Below are positions 51,601 to 61,800 of a DNA stretch of 64,000 bases, one piece after another. The notes below the pieces were generated by a model. It was given only the letters and a program-made list of their open reading frames with translations. It was not told the DNA's origin and made no database searches. The stretch is taken from positions 32,001-96,000 of the IMG/VR virus record IMGVR_UViG_3300042908_000680; one strand, 5' to 3'. Origin of the DNA: a virus. How positions within the stretch are numbered: position 1 is the first letter of the stretch; every line of letters begins with the position of its first letter. The translations under genes were made by a program, and so were the position numbers.

Positions 51601-52834
51601 TGGAGATTTAAGAAGAAGAAATGCTGAGATTATGGCAGGATTCTCCAATATAGAAGCTAGAAGAAGTCAACAGGGTGGTATGAAGGGTAGATCTGGAGTT
51701 GAAGCAGATGAAGCTCAGAAGGATCTACAGAAAGCATATAAAACACAGATTGATACCATTAGAGGTTTAATCAAACTAGAAGAAGAACAACTCAAGATCA
51801 CCCAAGAAAAGAATAAGCTTGAGAAGGATTCTATGGAATCTCTTGTTAAGGGAGATATAGAAGACTTTTTCAAGAAGCAATCTGCTGTTGGTGCTACCGC
51901 TGCTATAGCAAGTGGCGATACTAGATTACAGAACCTTTACGGCGGTGACGCTCTTGGGGCAGCACTCCAAGATATTCAACGTCAACAAGAAGCCGGGGTT
52001 CAAAGTTTATATGGTCAGCAATTAGCTGGTTCTGGCGGTTTGACAGAAGCTGCCGCTAATGCCGCTTTATCATCTAGGGGCGTAACAGATATGAGAGCCG
52101 CCCAAGTCATGGCAGGAACTACAGCAGAAGAAGAAGCCAGCAAAGCCAGACTTCGTGAACTAGGCGGAATGCTAGGTGAAACTGGCAATATGGGAACTCA
52201 AATGGCTGAAATGCAAGTTGAAACAGCAACTATTAATGTAAATAGTGCTGATTTGAAGTTTAAGGAAGTTATGGCCAAGGGTAATAAAGCTGCGGCTGAA
52301 GCCCAAGCAGTAGAAGACCAAAGAGCAATGGCAAGGGGTGGCATGGTATATGCAAGTCGTGGTATTTTTGTACCTCGCGGAACTGACACTATCCCAGCAA
52401 TGTTAACTCCCGGTGAATTCGTAGTAAATAGGGGTGCAGTCCAGCGTGGTAACAATTTACAAATATTAAAAGCGATGAATAGTGGGCTTGGAAGTGTATC
52501 TAGTAGTGGTGGCACAGCCCTCATGGCAAGTGGTGGCGTGGTTAGATATAGAGATCGCGGTAGTTATGGTCCAGAACAGCAAAGTCAAGGAATGTCAAAC
52601 TTTGCTACCGCCCTTGAGAATTTCAATAGAGAACTATCTAGAAATGTTGAGTCTTTAAAGGACAGCAAGATAACTATTAAGTTAGATTCTACTAATGTAA
52701 ATATTAATCTAAACGATGGTGGTTTACTAAAGTCTTTGAAAGCTCAAGTGGCACAAGAGATTTTCAACCTTGTTAAAACTAGACTAGTTGTTGGTGATGG
52801 CGGAAGACTAAGGGAAAATTCGGGAGTAGTATGA
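45641..52834 (+). CDS. tape measure protein with embedded enzyme-like domains
   Basis: TP901-type N-terminus (FERQLIKVSQVTG, ESAESIGTGLRTIFTRI); long helical region; three DT(V/I)PA(M/L)LxPGEFV motifs; HETGH. Confidence 0.92.
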   Translation: MSKFVLTAQLQLQAPNNVKQVVQQIQSQLNGVSVNIQVQNAGQAQKQIQQVAQATNQATSAAERMGKAFALSIRRFAAFSIATRAVGLFTSTLSDAVQTSIDFERQLIKVSQVTGKSLTQLRGLTKQITDLSTGFGVASSDLLNVSTILAQAGLSAEDTAIALRTLAKSALAPNFDSITETAEGAIAVLAQFQEGVGSLEKQLGSINAVAGAFAVEAGDLIDVIRRTGGVFKASGGDLNELLALFTSVRATTRESAESIGTGLRTIFTRIQRPKTIEFLKQFGVELVDLDGKFVGPYEAVKRLSEALAGLGEGDTTFIRIAEELGGFRQIGKVLPLLQQFSTAQSALNVAMKAGDSLTQDAASSQAALAIRIMKVKEEFLALIRSITETSTFQVMANTALSLASALIKIGDSIKPLLPMLAALTAFKLVKGMGSFFGGMMSGAASGRTYNKGGKVLGFARGGLVPGTGNGDTVPAMLAPGEFVIRKSSVNKMGAGRLAAMNENRYAYGGKARTFGIAALDGTQDSKSANLPISAIREKLGINTDKAGNKNLDMVIRGVLGSKGSDLNVTAKSDTVTLNDPGIKDDIYNNIKSQMYGLITSSATALSNGTGIPMRKRPINPNKVLAKVGTDSTIGSVFEGALGLLGGPFSAGKSTAAIDYPRGLGKMASAFSSLANMPVDAKKTADSKKTSEMLNKKIPNFFAEFVKRSPQYASFKSQLSQGKLDKLKGREFDLTEYQRVTGNSKATLSDLSGVASLSRKSGQRQLFRLAEKFAEGGEVLERGTQKYLISDVVKGMRELQGNSALSEKDAIALFNSKDARGDFIYTNFGGKGSIKLPKWMGTYRPQSAAYGAFQVAQANKQNRIAGAMSRQGKTMRDYESRREFATGGGVGTDTVPALLTPGEFVVNRKSAQRIGYGALGRMNKVGKYAKGGVVGPQRLFVGGVAEKQVSRDVGFREIDSINDAAKVMAETLEGLGPEIKKAILDKFKGIEAVTGGGKTSLGTKFKDTTRGQAIVSSSGASAMGLQIKGKNVAANTNTVAHETGHLADSALADKKGFASTNKGTFQFDLVEKVKPQMEAAFKAAGMSAKQIETYLASNQELFAEFFAKASPEVRAIITSTTDSKVGMQKLADHLEKAGHTYAGLEASDITGIKPVPTPTPVTPPKKPTGPSSPPSGGPPSKPPSGGGTPSKTSSSTVATSSSSGGGGGGMFNDVGANIAMVSAALSTMLPPLDENAGALTKVGHSLLTLGTTVGGVIFTLGQFGIQLKAANIASFAKSLTTMGKGGLGEMIGGFTRQGGKTSRAAGESVTQAFGIGKQRDAVAQARSERASQLLELRGQRNSLRGQTGFKAFSERADVTQKIKGLAQAPSKLPGLPNSLTGKLGNFLGQKAAGGGLGGRLAGMAGNAITKVGGLGTGAVGGAVGGAMGTAAAMAGPALAVVGAVAAINSVIGSFRDLDDKLKSSIEAGKVEEASRLAVAQKASEFPLIGNIVSSIFGESGDAFLLGIGELFGGPSLDSVKQLAAAQAGAAKTTKSLEEAQKVASDAMNDFKNGSISAADALAKIRAKTGEASNQQKRASSFVATNLEQRGGISRDIFTLGGLLGETSTARNKRLGAQNVEQINQSSKFMADAFNTESEARQATIRSGVARGKNSEEIRTTAMGNLRSQREEALKTAKAAAKSGDTATYDAAIAQAEQLRQSMEQVDKEIANIEKEVKRQKELYDAMNLGLRSATATATALSASMDKFSSGLEVGGSSFVNDVEFLQSAMSSAAQAMDSGEIQSAIKGVSDNLREFGSSEKYIQKFEGNVAAFTQAQSNYTQAFANIKKSMKDADFKNLNADELKKRFADELTKGMGDGEAKDSLKKVINGLELEPGDVDKILAGDLSVFGDKLTESQQKMLEPIMKISQERAKAEQVLIDFTKKRIDSERNLVAAQQEALDLVMEGRELQGKYGGQAVTGRERKDNLLAKSNVESSRLGLTNMKSGDVGDLRRRNAEIMAGFSNIEARRSQQGGMKGRSGVEADEAQKDLQKAYKTQIDTIRGLIKLEEEQLKITQEKNKLEKDSMESLVKGDIEDFFKKQSAVGATAAIASGDTRLQNLYGGDALGAALQDIQRQQEAGVQSLYGQQLAGSGGLTEAAANAALSSRGVTDMRAAQVMAGTTAEEEASKARLRELGGMLGETGNMGTQMAEMQVETATINVNSADLKFKEVMAKGNKAAAEAQAVEDQRAMARGGMVYASRGIFVPRGTDTIPAMLTPGEFVVNRGAVQRGNNLQILKAMNSGLGSVSSSGGTALMASGGVVRYRDRGSYGPEQQSQGMSNFATALENFNRELSRNVESLKDSKITIKLDSTNVNINLNDGGLLKSLKAQVAQEIFNLVKTRLVVGDGGRLRENSGVV

Positions 52835-55800
52835 GTTCTTTACTTTGCAATACAAACGATAAAACTAGACTAGGTGCTAATAGTCGCCTCTTAGCAACTT
52901 TATCTTTTAACCATGGTCTTTCTTCTAGACCCTCTTCTATTGCAACTATAAGATTGCAAGAAGGTGTTTATAGAAATCTAAAGACTTCCTTTATTGGCAT
53001 TTCTAAGTTGCTAGCTAATGAAAATGTAAACTGCTCACCCAAAGAAGATTTTTCTGAATGTGGTGCTGGTAATATTAGGGGATATACAACCGCAAACCTT
53101 GGTATTAATTCAAGAATATCTTCTTCTGGAAAATTTAAAAGTTCTTATACAGATAAGTTTGCTGGATATAAGCCCAGCTTTAGAGCTTATGAAAAGCTAT
53201 ACCCAATTCAAGATTTATCTTTCAAAAGTAAAATTACTAATACTAACATAAATGTCTACAAAGTTGAAAATAATGCACCTAGCCCCACCAATATATATAC
53301 TAGTATTGACGAGGGTGTTTTTACTGGTGATTATGTGCAGGATGGAAAAACCGGATCGATTATATCAGATGAATCAAAATCATTTGCTCTTACTTTTAGA
53401 ATTTTTGCTTCTGGTGATATTCAGTATAAGTTTCGCGTTGCAAAGCCAGTATCAGTTGCTAAACTAAGCTATCTCGCTATTAGGGCATCAGCACCATTTG
53501 ATAATTATATACAAAAAAAACCACAACAGTATAAAATATATGATATAAAGTTTGAAGATCCTAGTGGTAATTTAATAATTCAATATGAAGATATGTTCAT
53601 CCGTGGCGATACTTACTATACTACCTATTTATCTAAACCGTTAGTTAATAATCTATTGCTACCAACTTGGGATAGCAAATATCCATTAATGGATGCTGCC
53701 GGTTCTTATAGTATTACTTTAAATATATCATACGATTGTAATACTTATCCATTTACCAGCAATTTTGATCCCGGTTACGAGCAAACATGTATAATTAATT
53801 CAACTAATCTAAGCCCCAATCCGTTCATTAGTTTGAATATGTCCGCTCTTGAGATTGGAAATAGCGGTGGAGTTGGCATCCTTCGTGATAGTTATCTAAA
53901 CTTTTATTCTAAAGTAAGAGATAAGTCTGAGCGAGAAAAGAGAACACTACTTCCAACTGAGTTATTGACATATAGTTTTAATAATGGAATTTACCCACAA
54001 GCCAGTAGCGTTTGGCGTTCAACTACAAATAATATAAACTATGATAACACTGCATCTTCTGGTGCTTCTCATTTACTAAATAAAATTAGAAATGATTTAA
54101 CTGGAGACTATATTACTGTAATAAACTCTTCACCAGTTTCAGACAGTGGAAGAATAGTATTAAAGTTCAACACAAAGCCCGATAAAGAAGCATATGACAA
54201 TTATATAGATGGGGCATTTGCTTTTGGTGGCAGTAAAGAGTTTAATGATGCCAAACTAGTAAATTACTTAGATAATGATAATTTCTTTGACATAGAGAGC
54301 TTAGAACTAAAAGTAATTGCTAAAAAAGCTACTGGCACTCCAGACTATACAATAGATGTTGTTGGATATAGTGATGACAAATTATTGAATGTTACACCAG
54401 CAATTGGTGGATTCTTGCAAAATAGCGGGGCTTTAGTTTTTGATACTAATTCAGTGCCAGATATTTCTGGATATAACTATAAGACATTTGGTATTTCTGA
54501 TAGTAGCCTTTCAGATCAATCCGAGTACTTCCAGAAAGACGCTTCACCCAACGGTGATCACTATATACTTAATAACGCACCGTTAGTAAATAGTACATCA
54601 TTCCAAGAGTATATTATACCATTAGATATTTATCAAAATCCTTATGATCTTGGATATAAAAAATATTCTATTAGTTCTCTTTTTGAAAATCTATATTTAG
54701 ATATTTGCCCTATTCCTAGCGGAGCATCTATTTGTAGTGTTAAACTAGTTGTATATTATAAGCCAGCTAATGCTCTTGCAATGCATACCCTTGGTAGCCC
54801 AGTAGATAAGAGTGCTGTACGAAAAAGTATTACACTTTTACCATCATCCAACGAGAACGGAACGCAGGTAAATACTAACGTAAAACTTAGTGGCATATTG
54901 ACAGGATTGACAACCCCAGAATATATAAAATCTAATTATTCCAGAAGATGGAGAGGTAATGATGGTAGGATTTTATCTGGTGGAGATTTTATGCCAGAGG
55001 CTTTTGATTTTTCTTTCAATCATAAACAAGCAATAAATCCATTCCTAACATCATACATAGATTTTAAGAATGTGGATGGGGATAATATTCTATCATCAAG
55101 CGGTACTGTTGTAGGTCAAGCAGATCAATATTTTAATATTTTATCTAATTTTGGATGGAGATATTCTTCTAATCAGCTTTTTACTCTTACTCCAACTCCA
55201 TATAAATCCATATCTTGGAGAAATAATGTATTTGATGCATTTGATAGGGCGGCTAGAATTTCTTCAGATGATAGATTAATTATTAATACATTAAATAATG
55301 ATTCATTTACTAATTATGGAAATATATCTAAAAGTTTTGGTTTTGCTTTATTTATTAGATTTACTCCAGATCAATCATCTGATTCATTAATAAACAATAA
55401 TCTTATTTTTTCATATGAAAATTCTACTACTTGGTCAATGGTGTTCATATGCGAAAATGGCATTCTAAAACTAAAAATTAAAAATGCTGATAACAGTGTC
55501 ACTACACTCAGCGACACCAGAAGTATACTGGAGTATCAATTCCCTTTTTCTGTATTAATTACTTATAATGATGATAATACATATAAATTTAAATTATACA
55601 CAGATAACGAATTATTCAGTTTATTTAATAACTTAAGGGCGGTTTCACCCCCACAAACCTCTTTGAAACTATTGAGCAACCCATCTTTATATATTGGTTA
55701 TTCATCTACTTACTCGGGACTTTCATCTCTACCAATGTTTTTACATGAAGTGGGGATATCTAATGGTAGATGTAATATAGCAGAATATATTAATGAAAAT

Positions 55801-58800
55801 ATACTATCAAATCAAACAACAGCATCAAATGTCTTTTCTTCTCATAGAATGCATTTTAATAGCCTATCTTCCAAAAATATAAGATCAAATCAATACACTT
55901 ATGTTGATGATGACATTTCGCTATGGCATCTTGGAGATTTCAAAGTATGTCAATTTTCTCCAGACTTTGATTTTTTTACTCAAAGGCATGGAATAGATTT
56001 TTTAAGTTTTGACTTAAAACATCATGGTTCTGGATATAGTCAAGCTACTAATTTACCATTACCATCTAATATTAATATTTCTGGTGTAGCATATCACACT
56101 CAACTAGAAAATGATTTTTTAAGATTCAATCTATCTAATATTCCCACCATTGATAAAGATAGATTTTATGCCGTTGCCCCTAGAATATCTAAAACATTAC
56201 CAAGGGGTTATAAATTTAATCAAGATGCCATTTATGTTGATACTATTGTAGAGCATGAAACAAATGATAGTATGATATGGTCAAACGGAAAGATCGGCCC
56301 CAAGCTAATTGTTAGTTTATACGCTAAGACTCAAGACAGTGCCGACAGACCAAGCAAATCATTTGGTTTAATAAATAGGTCAACTCATTATCTAGAACCA
56401 TCTGGATGTATACGAAAACTTACTAGTAAATTTTCTTTTGAAGATTTATTAGATGACTCAGAACCTTGGGCTTTATTTGATAAAGAATCATACCTCAAAG
56501 AATTTAAAGAAAAATATTTTTCTCAAGATATAGATGATATGTTCTTGCAATATGATTTAGTATATCCATCTGGAAGACCATTCTCCTCACTAATTAAATT
56601 GCATAGTTCAAATGTTCGACTAGATGATGCTATATATATTAGCGAAAAATCAAATAGTCAGCTAAATCTAATTACAAGTGGACAAAAATATCAACTTGCA
56701 AATCTAAACTTATTTGCTCCAGAAAATGGTCCAATAATTAATTCTTATGCTAATCTTTTTGTAAGTGGAGTTGGTCCATCTAGACAACAGGTAAGTTTTT
56801 ATATTAATAGCAGTGGTTATCCATGCGATAGCCCATATTTAAATATGTATACTTTTACTGTTGGCTCTGCTACTACAGAAGATCAAGTTTTTGGTGGTAT
56901 GTTTGGCTCATCTCCAGTAAAGGGGTTAGGATTATCTGTTAGTGGTCAATTTATGACAGAAACTAGTATGCCCTTATTTACATATGGATCTGGATACTAT
57001 TCTGAATCATATGTTAATTTAAGTACTCTAGTAGAAGATGATATCGTTAAAAATGAATATATAAACTTGGCTATTCGTGGAATATCTAAGTCTCAAGATT
57101 TTTACCCATATTCTAGTATGCCATTATATGTCTATGGACAAGAATTCTCAACTGAAATAAATAATTACGCCCCGTTATTCGTGTTGAGCGATGATCTTAG
57201 TAGAGTTGTAGATTCTGGATCTCTAAACTTACATACTTTAAATTATCCAATATCTGATTCTCTCGCCAATAGCAGTGCCTCTATTAGATGGACCAATAAC
57301 AATGTTGGTAAAAACATAACAGTTCAAGATAACAGCTATGCTTATGTTGATTCAGATGATAACATTCGCGGCGTTGATTTATTATGTTATGGAACTTGCT
57401 CATCTAATAATAGATGTTCAGAAGCAGTAGTAGATATTCACGGGGTTAAGTGGTATGAACCAGAAGTTTGTGTTGACGGAGGAATATTCCGAGCCAAGTC
57501 TACATATACAAATCTAACATATCCAAGCGGATCATTCAGACACACCATTAGCCAAAATGAAGCAACAAATATACTCACAGAAAATTTATTTGTACTTTCT
57601 ACTGAAAATAATGATTTCATGTCTACGGAGTCATCTCTAAATTCAGTTGTTTATGATATTATGCCATATAGTGGTCATTTCTATGGCATTAGAAAATATA
57701 CTGGATTGGCCCCCAATCTTCCATATGCCATTAATATAACTGGCAAGTCGGGATCAACAGATGCTATAGACATACCAACAGAAATTGTTGAAGTAGAATA
57801 TAATAAAAATGAAACTAATCTAACATCAACAGATTATAGTGGATTTAGGTTACTATCTAGTGGCACTAAAACTGCTGGAGATGAGTTTGGAAAATCTATT
57901 GCGTCTAAAGATAATTTATTAGCGATAGGATCACCAAAAAGATCAATAGTATATAATAGTGGCGTTGGGTCAAATCTAACACTACAAGAGGCTGGGACCG
58001 TATTCGTATATAGAAGACAAGAAAGACCTAGTGGATATAATTGGCCTTTAGATAATTATAAGTCTCCTTGGATACTGGAAACCGCCCTAACATTACCATC
58101 TGGTATGCTAAAGGATTACTATACTCAATCAGAACTAGATCTTGGTTTACCATATAACTTAAGACCAATCCAAACAAGCTGGTTTGTTGGTCAAGAAGGA
58201 AGACAATTTGGACACTCGCTAGACATTTCCGTAAATAAAAATGAAAAATCATTAGGTGAGAGTTCTCGTCAAATAATTGTTGTTGGTGGCCCAAGTGCTA
58301 AATGGACTCCTAGAGTATTTGATAATACTCCACCATCCGATGTCAATATTGGATTAATAGTTTTTACTGACGAGTTTACTCCTAGAATTCCAGCACCACT
58401 TCCTAATCAGCCCTTTAGAACTATAGGGTATGAAGAAGTTCTTGAATCTATAAAAGACAAAGACATAATATTTAATTATTTTGGTAATCCAAGAATCAAA
58501 TTTAATGTTAAACTAATGATTTGCCAGCCTATCGCAGATAGTCCAGATATTGTTTCGCCAAGTTTTCCAGATAAACCAGATTTTATGGTTTTAAATTCTA
58601 TAGGTAGAAATTCTGGATATAAACCAAATGCTGCAAAAACAGAGGCCATTGTCAGTGGTATTAAAGACGCTTTCTTTGAAGCGTTCCCATATGATAATAG
58701 TAAAATTCATAACAATATACCACCAATTATCGGTTTATATATAGATAACAGCAGTTCTTTGGGTAGAGAATCTTTAGAGCCAGCTATAGATGAATTTGTT

Positions 58801-61800
58801 AAGTTCTATAAAAAATATAGCTTTGACAATGGGCTTATAGATTTTAATAACGTAAGAGAGTCTGGACAAGTAATTGAATATATTCCAGACACTTACGATG
58901 CTGAAAATTGGGTTCAAATGTCAACGACAATACTTTCCGAAGTTTTAGATACTGGCAATCTAGTATCAAATAATCAAGTTAGATTTTTAACTGGTAGTGT
59001 TGGAACATTTAATACTAATCTTGGTCCTTTTAACATTCCTCCAGAGAGTGGTGGAAAAGCATATATTTTTGAAAAAGAAAGTGGTAATTGGAATCTTATA
59101 CAAGAAATCAAATCGCCCAATATCACCTATTCAAATCCAGACCGCTTTGGACATGCTGTTAGTATAAGCGATGACGGAGAATTGGTAGTAATTGGTTCTC
59201 CATACATAAATCAAGCTGTTACAATGTACGAGAGGAAAGAAGAAGAAAGAGATAGATTTTATTCTTCACTTTATAGTTGGGTAAAAACTAATCGTCCAGA
59301 TAAATACTCATCTGAAATATTAACATATGAAAACTCTTATGGTTTTTCTAAAGATCAGCAAGCTTTGTATTTATCTTTAGACAAAACTGACAAATTCAAA
59401 TCTAGGGTTGATCTTGGTATACAAGAGTATCAAAATATCTATACTTTTGATTATAGTAATATGCAATCAAATGGAAGTTGGTCATTCATTCCTAACGTTG
59501 TCGCACCAATCTCACGATTAGGTTATAGTATTGATGTTAACGAGGATGGCAGCGTTGTAGTCGCTAGCGCACCAACAGATAGTTTAAATTTGTATAATGA
59601 TGCTGATGTTTATTATGTAAATGGTAGTAGAGGAGGAAAAACATTCAGAACAGGATATATCGACCCATCTGGTGTTTTAACCGGCACAGTAAAACCAGCT
59701 TGGTCATCTAGTGTTAATGCTGGATCAATCCATGTATTTGAATCACGTAAGTATTATCCACATAATCAAGTAATAGAATATGGGCGGTTTGGAAACTTAC
59801 ATGAAATTGATAGCAATGATACTCCAGATTCTGGACATTTCCACTACTTAGCCGATATCTTTGAAGATAAAAACTTTATTAAGACAGAGTTTACTGATTC
59901 TAAGATTCCAAAAGAAGCCGGTTTGGCATTTATTATAACGCCTGCTGTTGATGCCTTAAGTACTAGTGACGAGGTTTATAACAATATTTATAACTGGTTA
60001 GCACTTGGAGATAGAAACTTAGTATTAGTAGCAAACGATCCAATTTGGGAAGGTAATGGGAAATATAAGAATTCAAATGATATTCTTAATAAATTACTTG
60101 AAAGACTTAATTCTCGCATGAGGGTTGTTCCAGCAAGAAGCAAATATGAATCACTACCAGAAGGATATTCAACATTTAATAATGTTATTCCATCTTTTAT
60201 ACCACAAGGTTCTACATCAACCTATGTTCAAAGAACTTCCCTGCGTGGTAGCGGTGTTGCTGATATTAAAGTTTATTATCCCGGTTATTACCAAGTTATG
60301 CCATGTCAAAAAGTTACAGATTGTAGTCCAGACCCCGTTAAAATACAAATACAATCACGCTGCGAAATGCCCTTAATGCATTACGGTGATTTAAGATCGC
60401 AGTGGAATGCGTTGTGCTGTACAAATGGTGGAACATTAATATATGGTATTAACTGGCCATTTACATTTGGATCATACAAACCCGCGTGTGGTGATACAGA
60501 ATTCCCAGACAATCCAATGGCTAATTTTGAGCCAATTCCATTATTAGCAGCAGCAGAAAAAGTAACTTATGATGTAAATTATCCAGCGGTTCCAGCAAGA
60601 TATCAAAACTTCCCTATTTACGAAACAGTATATACAAGTACACCATATTATGTATTTGGTAGCCCGGTTAGTCAGGCTACAAATTTTGTATGGGACTCTG
60701 GAAATACTCCATCTAATTTATCTCTAAATGCTAGTAGTAGCATAAGCGAAGGAAGATTCTATAAGCCCGAAGAAGGCTTATTACAAGCAAAGGGTATTTC
60801 TAAAATAAGTATAACACCATATACCACTAAAGAAATTGTATCGGACAAAAATTATTTCTGCGTTGAGCATTCATATGCAAAAACTACATCTAAAATTATA
60901 GTTCTTGCTGGCGTTGAAACAGAATCTAGAGCCGCATTGTACAGTGGCCAAGGTGATCAAAATGTTAAATTTTATACTAATTTAGTCTCTAAAAATCCAA
61001 CAATTAAGGGTTATTCTGATATTGCTCAACTTGGTGGCTGGACAGGACGAACAAGTTTCACTGATGGATATGCTAGTTCATTATTAAAAACTGTGTTTAG
61101 AAATGGAAATGAAGTAGTAGAAGACGTTGATACATCCTTCACATCAATAGATAGAATCTATCTTACCAATGTGTTTAATGTGGCTTGGGTTGCCAATATA
61201 ATTAGTCAGCCATCTCAATCCGAAATTAACGATATTAAAACTTGGCTATCTTATGGTGATAAAAAACTCATTATAACCTGTGGTAATGATATCAATAGTG
61301 TAAAGAATGCACAAGAATTATGTTCTAAGCTTGGAGTATATGTTGAGCCAGTTTTCCTACCATATTTGGATATGTACCCACAAATTAACTCTAGTTTTGA
61401 AATTAATGATATTCATCAAGCCGGTGGGAATTTTAGTAAAAATAAGATCGAATACTTCACTGCTGCAATACCTTTCTATCCACTCAAATTAACATCTAAT
61501 GGAATAGGAATAGCTTATTATTCTCAACCAATTTATGATGAAGTTCCAAAAACAAATACTAATATCTCTTGGGATATGAATGCTGGAGTGACCAAACTAT
61601 CTTTTCCAGTTATTCCTTGTTCTGGATACAAACTATTTATAACAACGTTATCTGAAACCTCAACAGAAATTGCGCCATTAGACATTGACATTGAAAATGC
61701 CACATATCTCCCTAATTTACCATGCCCCATCGATTATACTTCATCTCAGGTAAATGAGTTAAATGTTGATGGAGAACTAATTTCTTACAAGTTAATTGGA